Source of the DNA: Clostridia bacterium
Lineage (GTDB): Bacteria; Bacillota; Clostridia; Oscillospirales; CAG-272
DNA: 64,000 bases
Assembly (NCBI GenBank): GCA_017461385.1
Contig: JAFTXZ010000012.1
Coordinates: 10,022-74,021, forward strand
Direction of reading: 5' to 3'
Shown: in pieces, positions 29,428 to 39,992 of the stretch
Layout of the letters: every line of letters starts with the position of its first letter
Position numbering within the stretch: position 1 is the stretch's first letter
Translations under genes and position numbers: made by a program
Notes under the pieces: generated by a model
Seen by the model: only the letters and a program-made list of their open reading frames with translations
Told to the model about the DNA's origin: nothing
Database searches by the model: none

Positions 29428-29925
29428 TCACATTTTATAGAATTTACTTAGTACGTTTGAGTCCGCATGTCCATGACAAATTGCGATTGCTAACGCATCG
29501 GCAGTATCATCTGGCTTAGGTGGCTTAGGTAGCTTCAAAATTGAGGTTACCATAGCAATTACCTGTCTTTTTTCTGCTCTTCCGTAGCCTACAACAGATT
29601 GCTTTACCTGCAAAGGCGTGTACTCTGCAATTTTTAAGCCCTTACGATAGGCAGATGTAATTATTACACCTCTTGCCTCTGCAACGCTGATTCCTGTTTT
29701 TTGATTTGTATTCCAAAAAAGCTCCTCAATCGCCATTGATTCAGGCTTGTACTTGTCAATAATTGTATTCATACCATCATAAATCTGATTCAGTCTCTCT
29801 TCAATTGGAAGTCCAGCCTTGGTTTGAATTGAGCCGTAGCCTAGAACCCTAAATTGTCCCTTTACGCATTCAAGCACGCCCCAGCCGACAATTGCAAAGC
29901 CCGGGTCAATACCTAATATAACCAT
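29428..29925 (-). CDS. ruvC: Crossover junction endodeoxyribonuclease RuvC
   Basis: N-terminal ILGIDPGFAIVGWG, ...MAIEELF..., ...DDTADALAIAICH. Confidence 0.93.
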   Translation of the reverse strand: MVILGIDPGFAIVGWGVLECVKGQFRVLGYGSIQTKAGLPIEERLNQIYDGMNTIIDKYKPESMAIEELFWNTNQKTGISVAEARGVIITSAYRKGLKIAEYTPLQVKQSVVGYGRAEKRQVIAMVTSILKLPKPPKPDDTADALAIAICHGHADSNVLSKFYKM

Positions 29926-30082
29926 AGCGCACCTCCAAAAAAATCTACCTCATTATATTTTATCATATTTTTGCTTGCGTGTCAAACATTATATTTTATT
30001 ATTTTGCGTGCTTATATATTGATTTTAATAGAAATTTGTGGTAAAATAACTTTGATTTGATATTTTGCCGTGGAGGTGTGCT

Positions 30083-30280
30083 ATGAGTAATATTCCCATT
30101 ATTAAGGTCGGCGACATTGTTGAGATGAAAAAGAAGCATCCCTGCGGTTCTATTTCCTTTAAGGTAATAAGGGTTGGCGCAGATATCAAAATTGCATGTA
30201 CTGGCTGTCAGAGAGTCCTTACCCTTGACCGACTGAAGGTTGAGAAAATGATAAAAAGGGTTTTATCTACTGAGGAATAA
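30083..30280 (+). CDS. DUF951 family small protein
   Basis: 65 aa from the ATG after GGAGGTG. Pattern is VGDIVEMKKKHPCGS...FKVIRVGADIKI.C.GC.R. Confidence 0.7.
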   Translation: MSNIPIIKVGDIVEMKKKHPCGSISFKVIRVGADIKIACTGCQRVLTLDRLKVEKMIKRVLSTEE

Positions 30281-30301
30281 TTGACCTTTTCTATTCTGTC
30301 T

Positions 30302-33181
30302 ATGACAGTAAAAAATAAAGAAAAAATGGATGATAATATGGAATCAAAATCTACTAAAGCAAGTGCCTCTTTCTTTCTTGATAAGGTAAGAGGAAAAACC
30401 TATTCTTTTGTTGACAAGCTATGGCAAAGGCTTTTGAAAAAAAGCTATCTTTTGCTATGCTTTTTGACGCCTGTTGTTCTCATAAGCGTTGTGTTTATGG
30501 TCTTGGGCGTTTTTCCTTATGGCAACAACTCAATCCTTACCCTTGATATGAATGGTCAATACGTATATTTCTTCGAGCAATTCAGAGATATAATCACTGG
30601 TAAGGCCTCACTTTTCTACACCTTTGAACGCTCATTGGGCGGTGAATTTTTAGGCTACTACACTTATTATTTAGCTTCACCCCTTTCAATAATCGTTGGA
30701 TTTTTCCCTGGGGATATGATTACTGAGGCTATAGCCTTTATGATGATTATAAAAACTGGCTTCAGTGGTCTTACATTTTCTATTTATCTTGATAAAACAA
30801 AGAAAAAGAACATTCCTGCATTTATAATGTTCTCTACAATGTACGCGCTTTGCTCCTATGCTACAATTTTCCAGTCCAACACCATGTGGATGGATGCCTT
30901 GATCTTTCTCCCTCTTATCGCCTTGGGAATTGAGGGAATTATTAAGGAGGGCAAATTTAAGCTATTTACCATTTCTCTTGCCCTTGCAATTTGGAGCAAC
31001 TACTATATAGGCTACATGATTTGTATTTTTGTAGTTTTGTATTTCTTTTTCTATATTGCATCTCATCCTGACAAGGAAATCAATCTGCTTAATGAAAAAT
31101 ACCACTTTGTAAAGAGTCTTGGCAGAATTGCTCTATTCTCGATTGTAGCTGTTATGCTCGCTGGAGCTGTTGTTGTTTCTGCCTACTATTCTCTACAATT
31201 CGGAAAGGTGGATTTGCAGGATAATAGCTTTGCTCCAGATCTAAGATTTGATATTTTAGACCTAGTCACTAAGCTATTTATATGCTCCTTTGACACCATA
31301 AGAGGCGAGGGTACGCCTAACATTTACGCTGGTACTCTTATGCTCATTATGCTACCAGTTTACTTTATTTCCAAAAAAATCCCAACGAGAGAAAAGGTTG
31401 GATATATACTTCTTTGTGCTATCTTTGTTCTTAGCTTCTCAATCAACACTATTGACTTGATTTGGCACGGCTTCCAGATGCCTATTTGGTTGAACTATCG
31501 TTATAGCTTTATGTTCTCCTTTATACTTCTGATTATGGCGTACAAGGGATACGAAGGCTTATCAGAGGTAAGTGGTAAGACGTTGGGCGTTATATCCGTC
31601 TCCTTTGCCGTATTACTTGCAATCATTCAAAAAACCGTTACACTGACAAGATATATCGGTGGTGAGCAAAAGCAAATTACTCCAGATTATGAGCTTATTT
31701 GGGCAACTCTTCTGCTTCTTGCAGTTTATTTTGTCCTGTTCTTAATCCAAAAAAAGGTCAAGGCAAAGCAAATCGTTACCTTGGCAATAACACTTGCGGT
31801 TTGCATTGAGGCATATTCAAGCACCTTATACAACTGGACTGCGGAAATTCAAGACGCTGGTTGGGCATCAAGAAACGTTTACAGATCCTTTGTTAACGAA
31901 ACAGAAATCGTTGCAACCACCCTTAAGCTTGCTGACCCTACATTCCACAGAGTTGAAAAGGGCTTCTCAAGAAAGCCTAACGACAACCTTGCCATAGATA
32001 TTAAGGGAATCTCTGAGTTTACCTCAACCTTTAATATGGGTGCAAGAGATTTACTTGGAAAGCTTGGCTACAACACTAATTCACAAACGACCACTTACGT
32101 AACCGGAAACGAGCTTTCAGAGTCGATTTTAGGTATAAAATACGTTATTCAAAACAATAAAAAGGACGACGATGGAACGCTAACAAACAAGGTTAGCAAT
32201 CTTTACGATTTTGTTGAAATTTCAGATGATATCGTTATATATCAAAATCCATTTGCTTTGCCTATTGCCTATTCGGTAGACAATATGATTAAGCAATTTA
32301 CTCTTGACTACGATAATCTTACACCACTCGAATATGGTGAGGCTATGCTCTCCTCTATGCTTGGCAAGAAAAATCAAGCAGTTCACGAGGCGTGCAAATA
32401 CACCATTTCCTACGAAAACTGCAGTCAAGTCGTTGACGAGGACGGTCGTGGAACCAGCTATTCTAGACACAATTCCTCCAGAAGCGCGTCATTTACCTTC
32501 AACGTTGTCGCACAAATTGACGGCGACGTTCAAATGTTCTTACCTACTCTTTATAACACAAAGGCTACCTGCTATGTAAACGGCGAGCTTTTCTGTACGC
32601 TTTTCCAATCTGATACCTACAAGGTTCTTAGCCTTGGAAGCTACAAAAGGGGAGATAAAATTTCTGTTAAGGTTACCTTTGATGCCGGAAGAATTTATCT
32701 TTTGAACCAAGGTGATTATTTTATTCAGCTAAGTGAGGACAGATTTAAGTCTGCCACCGACACTCTAAAGGAGGGTGGCTTTAACGTTACCAGTTATTCA
32801 GATACCAAGCTAGTTGGAACTATTAAGGACACCGAGCGCGACACTGTATTTACCACTATTCCTTATGATGCCTGCTGGCAGGTTAGTGTTGATGGCAAAA
32901 GGGTTGATACCTACAAATGCGTTGAATCTATGCTTGCCTTTGATTTACCAGAGGAGACTGACGGAGAGTACGATGTTGTTATGGAATACGTTCCAATGCA
33001 ATGGTATATTGGCATAGCAATTACCACACTAGGTCTTGCTATATTTATCGTTTTGGTTGTTCTTGAAAAGAAAAAGCTTTGGATTTTTGCACCATGCAAA
33101 TCACCAAAGTACGTTGATGAAAAACCAGTTATCATTACATCAAGCCCCGAAAAACCCACAGATAATGGAGATAAAAAATGA
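30302..33181 (+). CDS. YfhO-family integral membrane protein (putative glycosyl-transfer/lipid-linked glycan function)
   Basis: A membrane protein of about 959 aa, with many TM segments in the N-terminal two-thirds, a large extracytoplasmic C-terminal region and a final TM. The start is uncertain (ATGs at 30302, 30326, 30338). The stop overlaps the ruvA start. Confidence 0.72.
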   Translation: MTVKNKEKMDDNMESKSTKASASFFLDKVRGKTYSFVDKLWQRLLKKSYLLLCFLTPVVLISVVFMVLGVFPYGNNSILTLDMNGQYVYFFEQFRDIITGKASLFYTFERSLGGEFLGYYTYYLASPLSIIVGFFPGDMITEAIAFMMIIKTGFSGLTFSIYLDKTKKKNIPAFIMFSTMYALCSYATIFQSNTMWMDALIFLPLIALGIEGIIKEGKFKLFTISLALAIWSNYYIGYMICIFVVLYFFFYIASHPDKEINLLNEKYHFVKSLGRIALFSIVAVMLAGAVVVSAYYSLQFGKVDLQDNSFAPDLRFDILDLVTKLFICSFDTIRGEGTPNIYAGTLMLIMLPVYFISKKIPTREKVGYILLCAIFVLSFSINTIDLIWHGFQMPIWLNYRYSFMFSFILLIMAYKGYEGLSEVSGKTLGVISVSFAVLLAIIQKTVTLTRYIGGEQKQITPDYELIWATLLLLAVYFVLFLIQKKVKAKQIVTLAITLAVCIEAYSSTLYNWTAEIQDAGWASRNVYRSFVNETEIVATTLKLADPTFHRVEKGFSRKPNDNLAIDIKGISEFTSTFNMGARDLLGKLGYNTNSQTTTYVTGNELSESILGIKYVIQNNKKDDDGTLTNKVSNLYDFVEISDDIVIYQNPFALPIAYSVDNMIKQFTLDYDNLTPLEYGEAMLSSMLGKKNQAVHEACKYTISYENCSQVVDEDGRGTSYSRHNSSRSASFTFNVVAQIDGDVQMFLPTLYNTKATCYVNGELFCTLFQSDTYKVLSLGSYKRGDKISVKVTFDAGRIYLLNQGDYFIQLSEDRFKSATDTLKEGGFNVTSYSDTKLVGTIKDTERDTVFTTIPYDACWQVSVDGKRVDTYKCVESMLAFDLPEETDGEYDVVMEYVPMQWYIGIAITTLGLAIFIVLVVLEKKKLWIFAPCKSPKYVDEKPVIITSSPEKPTDNGDKK

Positions 33182-33783
33182 TTTACCACGTAAATGGAAA
33201 TCTCGACTATTGTGAGCAAGGCTTTTGTGTTGTCGATTGTATGGGAGTTGGCTATAAGCTAACCATCAGTGATAACACCTATTCAAGCATTGTTGCAAGA
33301 GTAAACGAGAAAATCAAGCTATACACAAATTTACAGGTTCGCGAGGATGGAGTTGAGCTTTTTGGTTTCAACACCCTAGACGAGCTAAACTCCTTTAAGC
33401 TACTAATTACTGTTTCCGGTGTCGGTCCTAAGGCTGCAATGGCAATTTTGTCCCTTTTAACACCCGACAGGCTTAGCATGGCTATTACAAGCGAGGACGT
33501 AAAGGCAATTTCAAAGGCAAACGGAGTTGGCTCAAAAACTGCTGCAAGAGTTGTTTTGGAGCTAAGAGATAAGATTACTAAGCAGGTGTTCACCTCTGTT
33601 CCTTCAATAGAAAACGTAGGGGCTGCGCCTGTACAAAAGGGCTCTAACCTTTCAGAGGCTCTTGAGGCATTAGTTGTTCTTGGCTATTCAAGATCCGAGG
33701 CTCAAAGGGCTCTTGGTGGTATTGACCCCAAGCTTGAGGTTGCAAAAATTATTCCTCTTGCACTTGCAAAGCTACTTAGATGA
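33178..33783 (+). CDS. ruvA: Holliday junction branch migration complex subunit RuvA
   Basis: 201 aa with HhH motifs (LITVSGVGPKAAMAIL, KANGVGSKTAARV) and C-terminal domain III. Confidence 0.93.
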   Translation: MIYHVNGNLDYCEQGFCVVDCMGVGYKLTISDNTYSSIVARVNEKIKLYTNLQVREDGVELFGFNTLDELNSFKLLITVSGVGPKAAMAILSLLTPDRLSMAITSEDVKAISKANGVGSKTAARVVLELRDKITKQVFTSVPSIENVGAAPVQKGSNLSEALEALVVLGYSRSEAQRALGGIDPKLEVAKIIPLALAKLLR

Positions 33784-33793
33784 GGTTTAAGAA

Positions 33794-34854
33794 ATGATTA
33801 ACGAAACTAATTTTGAATACGATGACAGATTACTCGACGCTGCACAGATAAATGATGATGCAGAGGTTGAGGTAAGCCTTCGTCCTAAGGCCTTTGACGA
33901 ATATATCGGTCAAGAAAAGGTTAAGGAAATGCTTAAGGTTTACATTGAGGCTGCTAAGACACGTGGAGATTCTCTTGACCACGTTTTGCTCTATGGTCCT
34001 CCTGGTCTTGGCAAAACAACGCTTTCAGGAATTATAGCTGCAGAAATGGGTGTAAACTTTAGAGTAACCTCCGGCCCTGCTATTGAAAAGCAAGGAGATT
34101 TGGCTGCTATTCTTACAAATCTTGCCCCTGGTGATATTTTGTTTATTGATGAAATTCACCGTCTTTCCAGATCTATTGAGGAAATTTTATATCCTGCAAT
34201 GGAGGATTATTTCCTCGATATTATTATTGGTAAGGGTCCTGCTGCGCGTAGCATTCGTGTGCCTCTTCCAAAATTCACCCTAGTTGGCGCTACTACCCGT
34301 GCTGGTCAGCTTACAACCCCTTTGCGTGATAGATTTGGAGTCCTTCTCCGTCTTGAGCTTTACACGCCTAGCGAGCTTGCTACTATCGTAAAAAGAAGCG
34401 CATCAATACTTAATGTTGACATAGACGAAAAGGGCGCACTTGAAATTGCATCACGCTCAAGAGGCACGCCAAGAATTGCAAACAGGCTTCTTAAGCGTGT
34501 TCGTGATTACGCTCAGGTTAAGGGAAATGGTAAAATCACCCTTGATATTGCTAAAACTGCTCTTTCTGCCTTGGAAATCGACGAGCTCGGTCTTGATAAC
34601 ATTGACAGAAAGATGCTTGAAACAATTATTAAATTCTACGATGGTGGTCCTGTTGGTCTCGAAACCTTGCTGCCACTATCGGTGAGGAAAGCATAACAAT
34701 TGAGGACGTTTACGAGCCTTATCTTATGCAAATAGGCTTTTTAAGCCGTACTCCACGTGGTAGATGCGTTACAAGGCTTGCCTACGAGCATCTAAACATT
34801 CCCTTCGGTAAGGGAGGAGTAATTCCACTAAAAATTGATAACCCAGATGAATAA
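33794..34854 (+). pseudogene. ruvB: Holliday junction DNA helicase RuvB, reading frame broken by an apparent 1-nt deletion near 34669/34670
   Basis: Frame 2 gives 300 aa with Walker [10 protein letters not shown] and Walker [10 protein letters not shown], and ends ...[17 protein letters not shown]. The conserved RuvB C-terminus ([38 protein letters not shown]...) continues in the -1 frame to TAA at 34852-34854. Confidence 0.9.
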
Positions 34855-34867
34855 AGGAGATATAAAA

Positions 34868-35842
34868 ATGAACGATATTAAGGTTACTTTATGTGAATAC
34901 AAGGGACTAAAGCTAGAGCTTGAGAGCCCTGCCCCATCTGTTACTATTGATGAGGTTGAATTGCAAAAGAAATACATTGCACAGGATTTTGCTGAGGTTG
35001 TAAGCGTTGAGGGCCCATTGGAAAATGGACACACAAGCATTATCGACTTTGTTGGCTCTGTTGACGGTGTAGAATTTGATGGTGGCTCAGCACAAAATTT
35101 TGAGCTTGTTATTGGCTCAGGCGCGTTTATTCCCGGCTTTGAGGATCAAATGGTTGGTATGAAAAAGGGCGAAACAAGAGTTATTAAGGTTCGCTTCCCT
35201 GACAACTACACTCCTGAATTAAGTGGTAAGGATGCCGAGTTCAAGGTTACTCTACACGAAATCAAGATGAAAAAGGAATCTGGCTTTGACGAGGGTGTTC
35301 TTAAGAGATTTACAGAGGCTCAAAAAATTCCTGACGTTGACACAATGGAAAAGCTTGACAAGTTTATTTGGAATGCAATTTACCAAAAAAAGCTTGAAAG
35401 CGTTGACAAGGAAATCGGTGCTAAGCTTGAAAAAATCCTTCTTGACGGCTGTACAGTTGAAATTCCTGATGAGATTATGAATGAGCAAATTGAGGGACAA
35501 ATCAAGGGAATCGAAAGCTATGCACAATCAAATGGAATGGACCTTTCTACAATGCTTTCTATGATGGGTCAAAACGAGGCTGTATTCAAGGACACAGTTA
35601 AGAATATGGTAAAGAGTGAGCTTTCACTCAATGCTATCTTCAACGAGATTGCCAAGGTTGAAAATCTAGTAGCTGATGACAAGGACGTTGAGAAATTCTA
35701 CGAGGAAGGAATAAAGCAAGGTGGTTGGACACTTGAAACAATCAAGCTAAAATTCCCCGAGGACACTGCAAAGACTTATATCAATGGACTCAAGGTGTCT
35801 TCATTCCTAAGAAGCAATTCTGAAATTACTTACAAAGCATAA
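34868..35842 (+). CDS. Trigger-factor-like FKBP-type peptidyl-prolyl isomerase lacking the N-terminal ribosome-binding domain
   Basis: Start at the ATG after AAGGAG. The PPIase core is IIDFVGSVDGVEFDGGSAQNFELVIGSGAFIPGFEDQMVGMKKGE...FPDNY..LSGKDAEFKV, followed by a TF C-terminal-like helical domain. No GFRxGxxP region is present. Confidence 0.72.
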   Translation: MNDIKVTLCEYKGLKLELESPAPSVTIDEVELQKKYIAQDFAEVVSVEGPLENGHTSIIDFVGSVDGVEFDGGSAQNFELVIGSGAFIPGFEDQMVGMKKGETRVIKVRFPDNYTPELSGKDAEFKVTLHEIKMKKESGFDEGVLKRFTEAQKIPDVDTMEKLDKFIWNAIYQKKLESVDKEIGAKLEKILLDGCTVEIPDEIMNEQIEGQIKGIESYAQSNGMDLSTMLSMMGQNEAVFKDTVKNMVKSELSLNAIFNEIAKVENLVADDKDVEKFYEEGIKQGGWTLETIKLKFPEDTAKTYINGLKVSSFLRSNSEITYKA

Positions 35843-35845
35843 AAC

Positions 35846-35877
35846 AAAAAGCAAGCACCTCTCGTGCTTGCTTTTTT
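35846..35877. terminator. Bidirectional intrinsic terminator
   Basis: AAAAAGCAAGCAC-ctct-CGTGCTTGCTTTTTTT between convergent genes. Confidence 0.85.
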
Positions 35878-37304
35878 TACGGCTTTCTTCGTCTGAATAC
35901 AAGTCTTGTCAAAGCCTTTAGATTAAAAGGAATTAGAGGATACAAGTAGGACCTTTTGCCATTTATTGTTGTGGTGGTTGATATAAGCAACAATCCCACT
36001 ACTCCACCTAAAAGCAGTCCCCAACCGCCTAATAGCGCAATGGCTATCAACGTAAGCATTCTCAAAAATTTTAATGCATACCCAAGCTCATAATTCGATT
36101 GGGTAAAGCTTGCCATTGATACGATTGCCATGTAAAATATTACGTCTGCACTTAGCCAGCCCACCTGTACAGCAAAATCGCCCAAAAGCAATCCACCTAT
36201 AACTCCAAAGGAGTTTGACATAACGCTTGGGGTGTTCAGGGATGCTAGCTTTAAGCCATCAATTACTAGCTCGACCAGTAATAGTTGTATCAAAATCGGC
36301 ACACTTCCATGATCGTCTGGTATTACGAAAGCAAGCCACTCGGGCACTATCGACGGATTCGTAACAAAATAATACCAGATCGGAATTAAAACAACAGCGC
36401 TCCAGAATACAAGCTGTCTCACAAGCCTTAAGTAAGTGCCTGTAAATGGTGGAAAATAATAATCGTCAGTCTCCTGTAAAAAATCGAAAATCGCGGTTGG
36501 CAAAATCAAAGCCTCGGGGGACGTGTCGCAAATTACAATTACACTTCCCTCCAAAATAGATGCACAGGCACAGTCAGGTCTTTCTGTGCATCTAACCCTT
36601 GGAAATGGATTATACCACTTTTTCTTAATTAGGCATTCAATAAGGCTTTGGTGTCCCATTGGCAAGGCATCTGTTTTAATAGATTCTATCCTCTCCACAA
36701 GATTTTTTACATATTCTGGGTCTGCCTTTCCCTTAAGATAGACTACTGAAATATCTGTTTTAGAGCTTTCGCCAACTGACAAATACTTGACAGTTAGTTG
36801 TGGATCTCTTATACGTCTTCTTATCATAGCAGTGTTAAAAATCATAGTTTCTACAAAGCCGTCACGGGCGCCTCGCATTACCTTATCATTACCAGGCTCC
36901 TCGGTAACTCTTGCTGGATAAGATCTTGCATCTACAATTACTGCTCCAGCACCAAAGCCCTCTGCCAAAATCGCTGAGCATCCACTTAATACCATTGTAC
37001 AAATCGTGTCAAAATCATACACTGCATCCACCTCAACGGCCGGAACACCAGTTTTTATAAACCTTTCGACACTTCCCTGCTTACCGTTTCCAAAGTCCTT
37101 TATGGTAGTTAAGTGCATCATTAGCTTTTGCATTATTGCAGCAGTTACAAAGCCATCTACGTAATACATAACCAGTCTTTGAGAATTTATTTCCATTTCC
37201 TTTTTGATTATGTCAAAATTCTCGTCCACATTCAATATATTATCAAGCTCTTTTATATTTTCCTCGAAATTAAAAGACAGCTCCTTCACAAAAAAATCCT
37301 CCAT
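35877..37304 (-). CDS. GerA-family spore germination protein / stage V sporulation protein AF-like
   Basis: N-terminal soluble GerA-type domain (...LVMYYVDGFV..., ...PARVTEEPGNDKVMRGARDGFVE...) plus C-terminal TM bundle. The start (MEDFF...) is chosen to avoid overlap with the upstream gene. It has no clear RBS and remains uncertain. Confidence 0.72.
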   Translation of the reverse strand: MEDFFVKELSFNFEENIKELDNILNVDENFDIIKKEMEINSQRLVMYYVDGFVTAAIMQKLMMHLTTIKDFGNGKQGSVERFIKTGVPAVEVDAVYDFDTICTMVLSGCSAILAEGFGAGAVIVDARSYPARVTEEPGNDKVMRGARDGFVETMIFNTAMIRRRIRDPQLTVKYLSVGESSKTDISVVYLKGKADPEYVKNLVERIESIKTDALPMGHQSLIECLIKKKWYNPFPRVRCTERPDCACASILEGSVIVICDTSPEALILPTAIFDFLQETDDYYFPPFTGTYLRLVRQLVFWSAVVLIPIWYYFVTNPSIVPEWLAFVIPDDHGSVPILIQLLLVELVIDGLKLASLNTPSVMSNSFGVIGGLLLGDFAVQVGWLSADVIFYMAIVSMASFTQSNYELGYALKFLRMLTLIAIALLGGWGLLLGGVVGLLLISTTTTINGKRSYLYPLIPFNLKALTRLVFRRRKP

Positions 37305-37341
37305 AAATACTTTTTGGTTAGTATTTACGAAGGATTTATTT

Positions 37342-38469
37342 TTATGCCTTATTATTCTTAAAGAATTGATAGTAATAGCAAGGAAGCATTCCGTTGTATA
37401 GCTTTCTGACCTTATCTGGCTTTCTGCCATAAAGCTTGCCAAACTCCTCGTGGCTGGTTATTACGTAAATCTGCCACTTATCTAAGGTTTTGAAATGCTC
37501 TCCCATCTTTTTATAAAGCTTCTCTGCTTCTTTTATAGACGATAGCCTTTCACCATAAGGAGGATTACATACTACTGTGCCTCTTTTACCCTGTGTTGTA
37601 ATCTCAAGCGCATCCATTTTGAACGCCTTTATATTTTTGGAAACTCCTGCATTTTGTGCATTTTCCATTGTTAGCTTTACACATTCCTCGTCTATATCAG
37701 AGGCATAGGCTAAAAAGGAGCTATCAATCTTTATTCTCGATCTTGCCTCTTCTCTTGCCCTCTCCCACTGCTCTTTTGGAAATCGTGGAAAATCCTCGGC
37801 ACAGAAGCGTCTTTTTAGTCCTGGTGCATAGTCTAGCATCATCATTGTCGCTTCAATAGCAATAGTACCCGAGCCACAGAATGGGTCCCAAAACAAAACA
37901 TCCTCTCTAGGTCTTGCAAGCTTTGCTAGTGCAGCTGCCAAGGTCTCTCTTATTGGTGCGTCATTTGACTTTATACGATAGCCTCTTTTGTGTAGAGGTG
38001 TACCAGAGGTATCTATCATCAGTGTGCATCTGTTTTTGAAAAGGAAAAAGTCTATTTGATACTTAACTCCCGTTTCCTCAAACCAGCCAGTGTCGTAAAT
38101 CTTTCCTAATCTTGATGCAATAGATTTTTTTATTATTCTTTGACAATCCGGTATTGAAAATAAAGCACTTTTTATGCTATGCCCTCTCACAGGAAAGGAG
38201 TCCTGCTTGCCTATCCATTCCTCCCACGGTAGCTTTTTTGTTTCCTCAAAAAGCTCATCAAAGGTAAGTGCCTCAAATTCGCCGATTTTTATATATACCC
38301 TTTCAGCAAATCTAAGATTTATGTTTAACACTGACACGGCGTATTCATCACCTATAAAGCTAATTCTACCGTCCATCGTTTCTGTTCTTTTGTAGCCTAG
38401 CTTGTCTATTTCCTCGCCAAGCAAGCCCTCAAGACCAAAAAGGCAGGTAGCAACGTATTCAATGCTCAT
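37342..38469 (-). CDS. THUMP-domain class I SAM-dependent RNA methyltransferase (RlmL/YpsC-like)
   Basis: Start MSIEYVATCLFGLEG... (THUMP N-terminus), SAM motif DPFCGSGTIAIEA and catalytic NPPYGERL. Its ATG lies 1 nt after the kinase stop (TAATATG). Confidence 0.85.
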   Translation of the reverse strand: MSIEYVATCLFGLEGLLGEEIDKLGYKRTETMDGRISFIGDEYAVSVLNINLRFAERVYIKIGEFEALTFDELFEETKKLPWEEWIGKQDSFPVRGHSIKSALFSIPDCQRIIKKSIASRLGKIYDTGWFEETGVKYQIDFFLFKNRCTLMIDTSGTPLHKRGYRIKSNDAPIRETLAAALAKLARPREDVLFWDPFCGSGTIAIEATMMMLDYAPGLKRRFCAEDFPRFPKEQWERAREEARSRIKIDSSFLAYASDIDEECVKLTMENAQNAGVSKNIKAFKMDALEITTQGKRGTVVCNPPYGERLSSIKEAEKLYKKMGEHFKTLDKWQIYVITSHEEFGKLYGRKPDKVRKLYNGMLPCYYYQFFKNNKA

Positions 38470-38470
38470 A

Positions 38471-39967
38471 TTAAATATCCTTTCTAGGCAACGTGAAGGT
38501 AAATTTACAATATTTACCGTATTCGCTATCAACAAAAATCTTTTCGTTATGGGAATCTATAATGGTTTTGGTAATAAACAACCCAAGTCCTACACCTGTT
38601 TTGTCTAGTCCTCTGCTCTTATCTCCCTTATAAAACCTGTCGAAAATTCTCGCCTTATCCTCATTTGAAATGCCAATTCCCTCGTTGTATATCGAAAATT
38701 GCACCTTGTCTTCCACATACTGGATTTTAATTATATACTTTCCACCCTCGTAGGAGAACTTAATCGCATTATGACAAAGGTTATAAACCACCTGATTTAT
38801 AGCGTCTCTGTCCCCCTCGCAGATCATATCAAAGCTGTCATAATCTATATCAACATCAAGATTCTTTTCAAGAATTTGTCCCTCAAGAGATATTATTGTT
38901 TCGCGAGTTAGCTCACAAAGGTTGAATGGCTTCATATCAAATTTTCTCTCGCCAGATTGAAGCCTTGAAACGTCAAGCAAGGAGCTTACTAAACGGCTCA
39001 GCCTTTGAACCTCACTCTTAATTATGTTTAGATAATAATCCTGCTTACTTGTTGGTATTGCTCCATCCAAAATGCCATCGACAAAGCCAGCAATAGTTGT
39101 CATAGGTGTTTTTAGGTCATGGGAAACGTTGCTTAAGAAGGTCTTTTGAGATTCATCCTTAGCCTGCAAATCCTCAGCCATTTTATTTATAGAGCTAGCA
39201 AGCTCTGCCAGCTCGTCCTCACCACGAACGGTAACTCTTACACTAAAATCGCCCTTTGAAAAGCTACGTGCAGCCTTTCCTATCTCACGGAGTGGACGCA
39301 TTACTCGAATGCTTATTCCGTAAATGGCAATTAAGGCAACTATTGAAATCCAAATAACGGTAGTAACGATGGCAAAAATCATATCAAAAATCAAGTCGCC
39401 CTCTGTTGCACCTGGGTCAAATAGCATTGAGTAGCCTATGCTCTCGCCCTTTTCGTTTTTAACACAGGTTAAATAATATACAACCTCTCTGGAGAAAAGC
39501 AGATTACAGCCATCGCTTCTTGACAAGAATCCGTCCTGTAAAAAATCCTCGCTTTCCACTATAGCCTTTGATAGGGTGGTTTTGTTAAAGTGTAAGGGAA
39601 GCTTTGTTAAGTCAAAGCCATCTGTTTTATCCTCCACGTTTACGTCTGCATAGTAGATCAGCTCCCCGGATTTATCAAACAAGGCGATTTCACAGCTTGA
39701 CGAAACAAGCCTTATCATTTCAAGTGTTTCCTCAAGCATAGCCTCATTTTTCTTGATATTCTCCTCTAAGCTGTCTGTTTTATTTTCAATATTGTCGTAG
39801 TACATATAGAAAACTTGATTAGCATTATAGGTTTCCTTTAGCTTTGTATCAAGAGAAAAGCTACTTACGATAGACGTAATTATGATACCCAGAATTAAAA
39901 CGGTAATAACGATAATAGCCATAAATATAAGCATGTATCGTGTTGATACGCTTTTAATTTTAATCAT
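38471..39967 (-). CDS. Sensor histidine kinase (two TM, periplasmic-type sensor, HAMP, HisKA, HATPase_c)
   Basis: H-box VSHDLKTPMTTI, N-box YNLCHNAIKFS and G-boxes ...NEGIGISNED... and GVGLGLFITK. Confidence 0.88.
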   Translation of the reverse strand: MIKIKSVSTRYMLIFMAIIVITVLILGIIITSIVSSFSLDTKLKETYNANQVFYMYYDNIENKTDSLEENIKKNEAMLEETLEMIRLVSSSCEIALFDKSGELIYYADVNVEDKTDGFDLTKLPLHFNKTTLSKAIVESEDFLQDGFLSRSDGCNLLFSREVVYYLTCVKNEKGESIGYSMLFDPGATEGDLIFDMIFAIVTTVIWISIVALIAIYGISIRVMRPLREIGKAARSFSKGDFSVRVTVRGEDELAELASSINKMAEDLQAKDESQKTFLSNVSHDLKTPMTTIAGFVDGILDGAIPTSKQDYYLNIIKSEVQRLSRLVSSLLDVSRLQSGERKFDMKPFNLCELTRETIISLEGQILEKNLDVDIDYDSFDMICEGDRDAINQVVYNLCHNAIKFSYEGGKYIIKIQYVEDKVQFSIYNEGIGISNEDKARIFDRFYKGDKSRGLDKTGVGLGLFITKTIIDSHNEKIFVDSEYGKYCKFTFTLPRKDI

Positions 39968-39992
39968 TCTTGCTCCTTTCTATATGAATACT

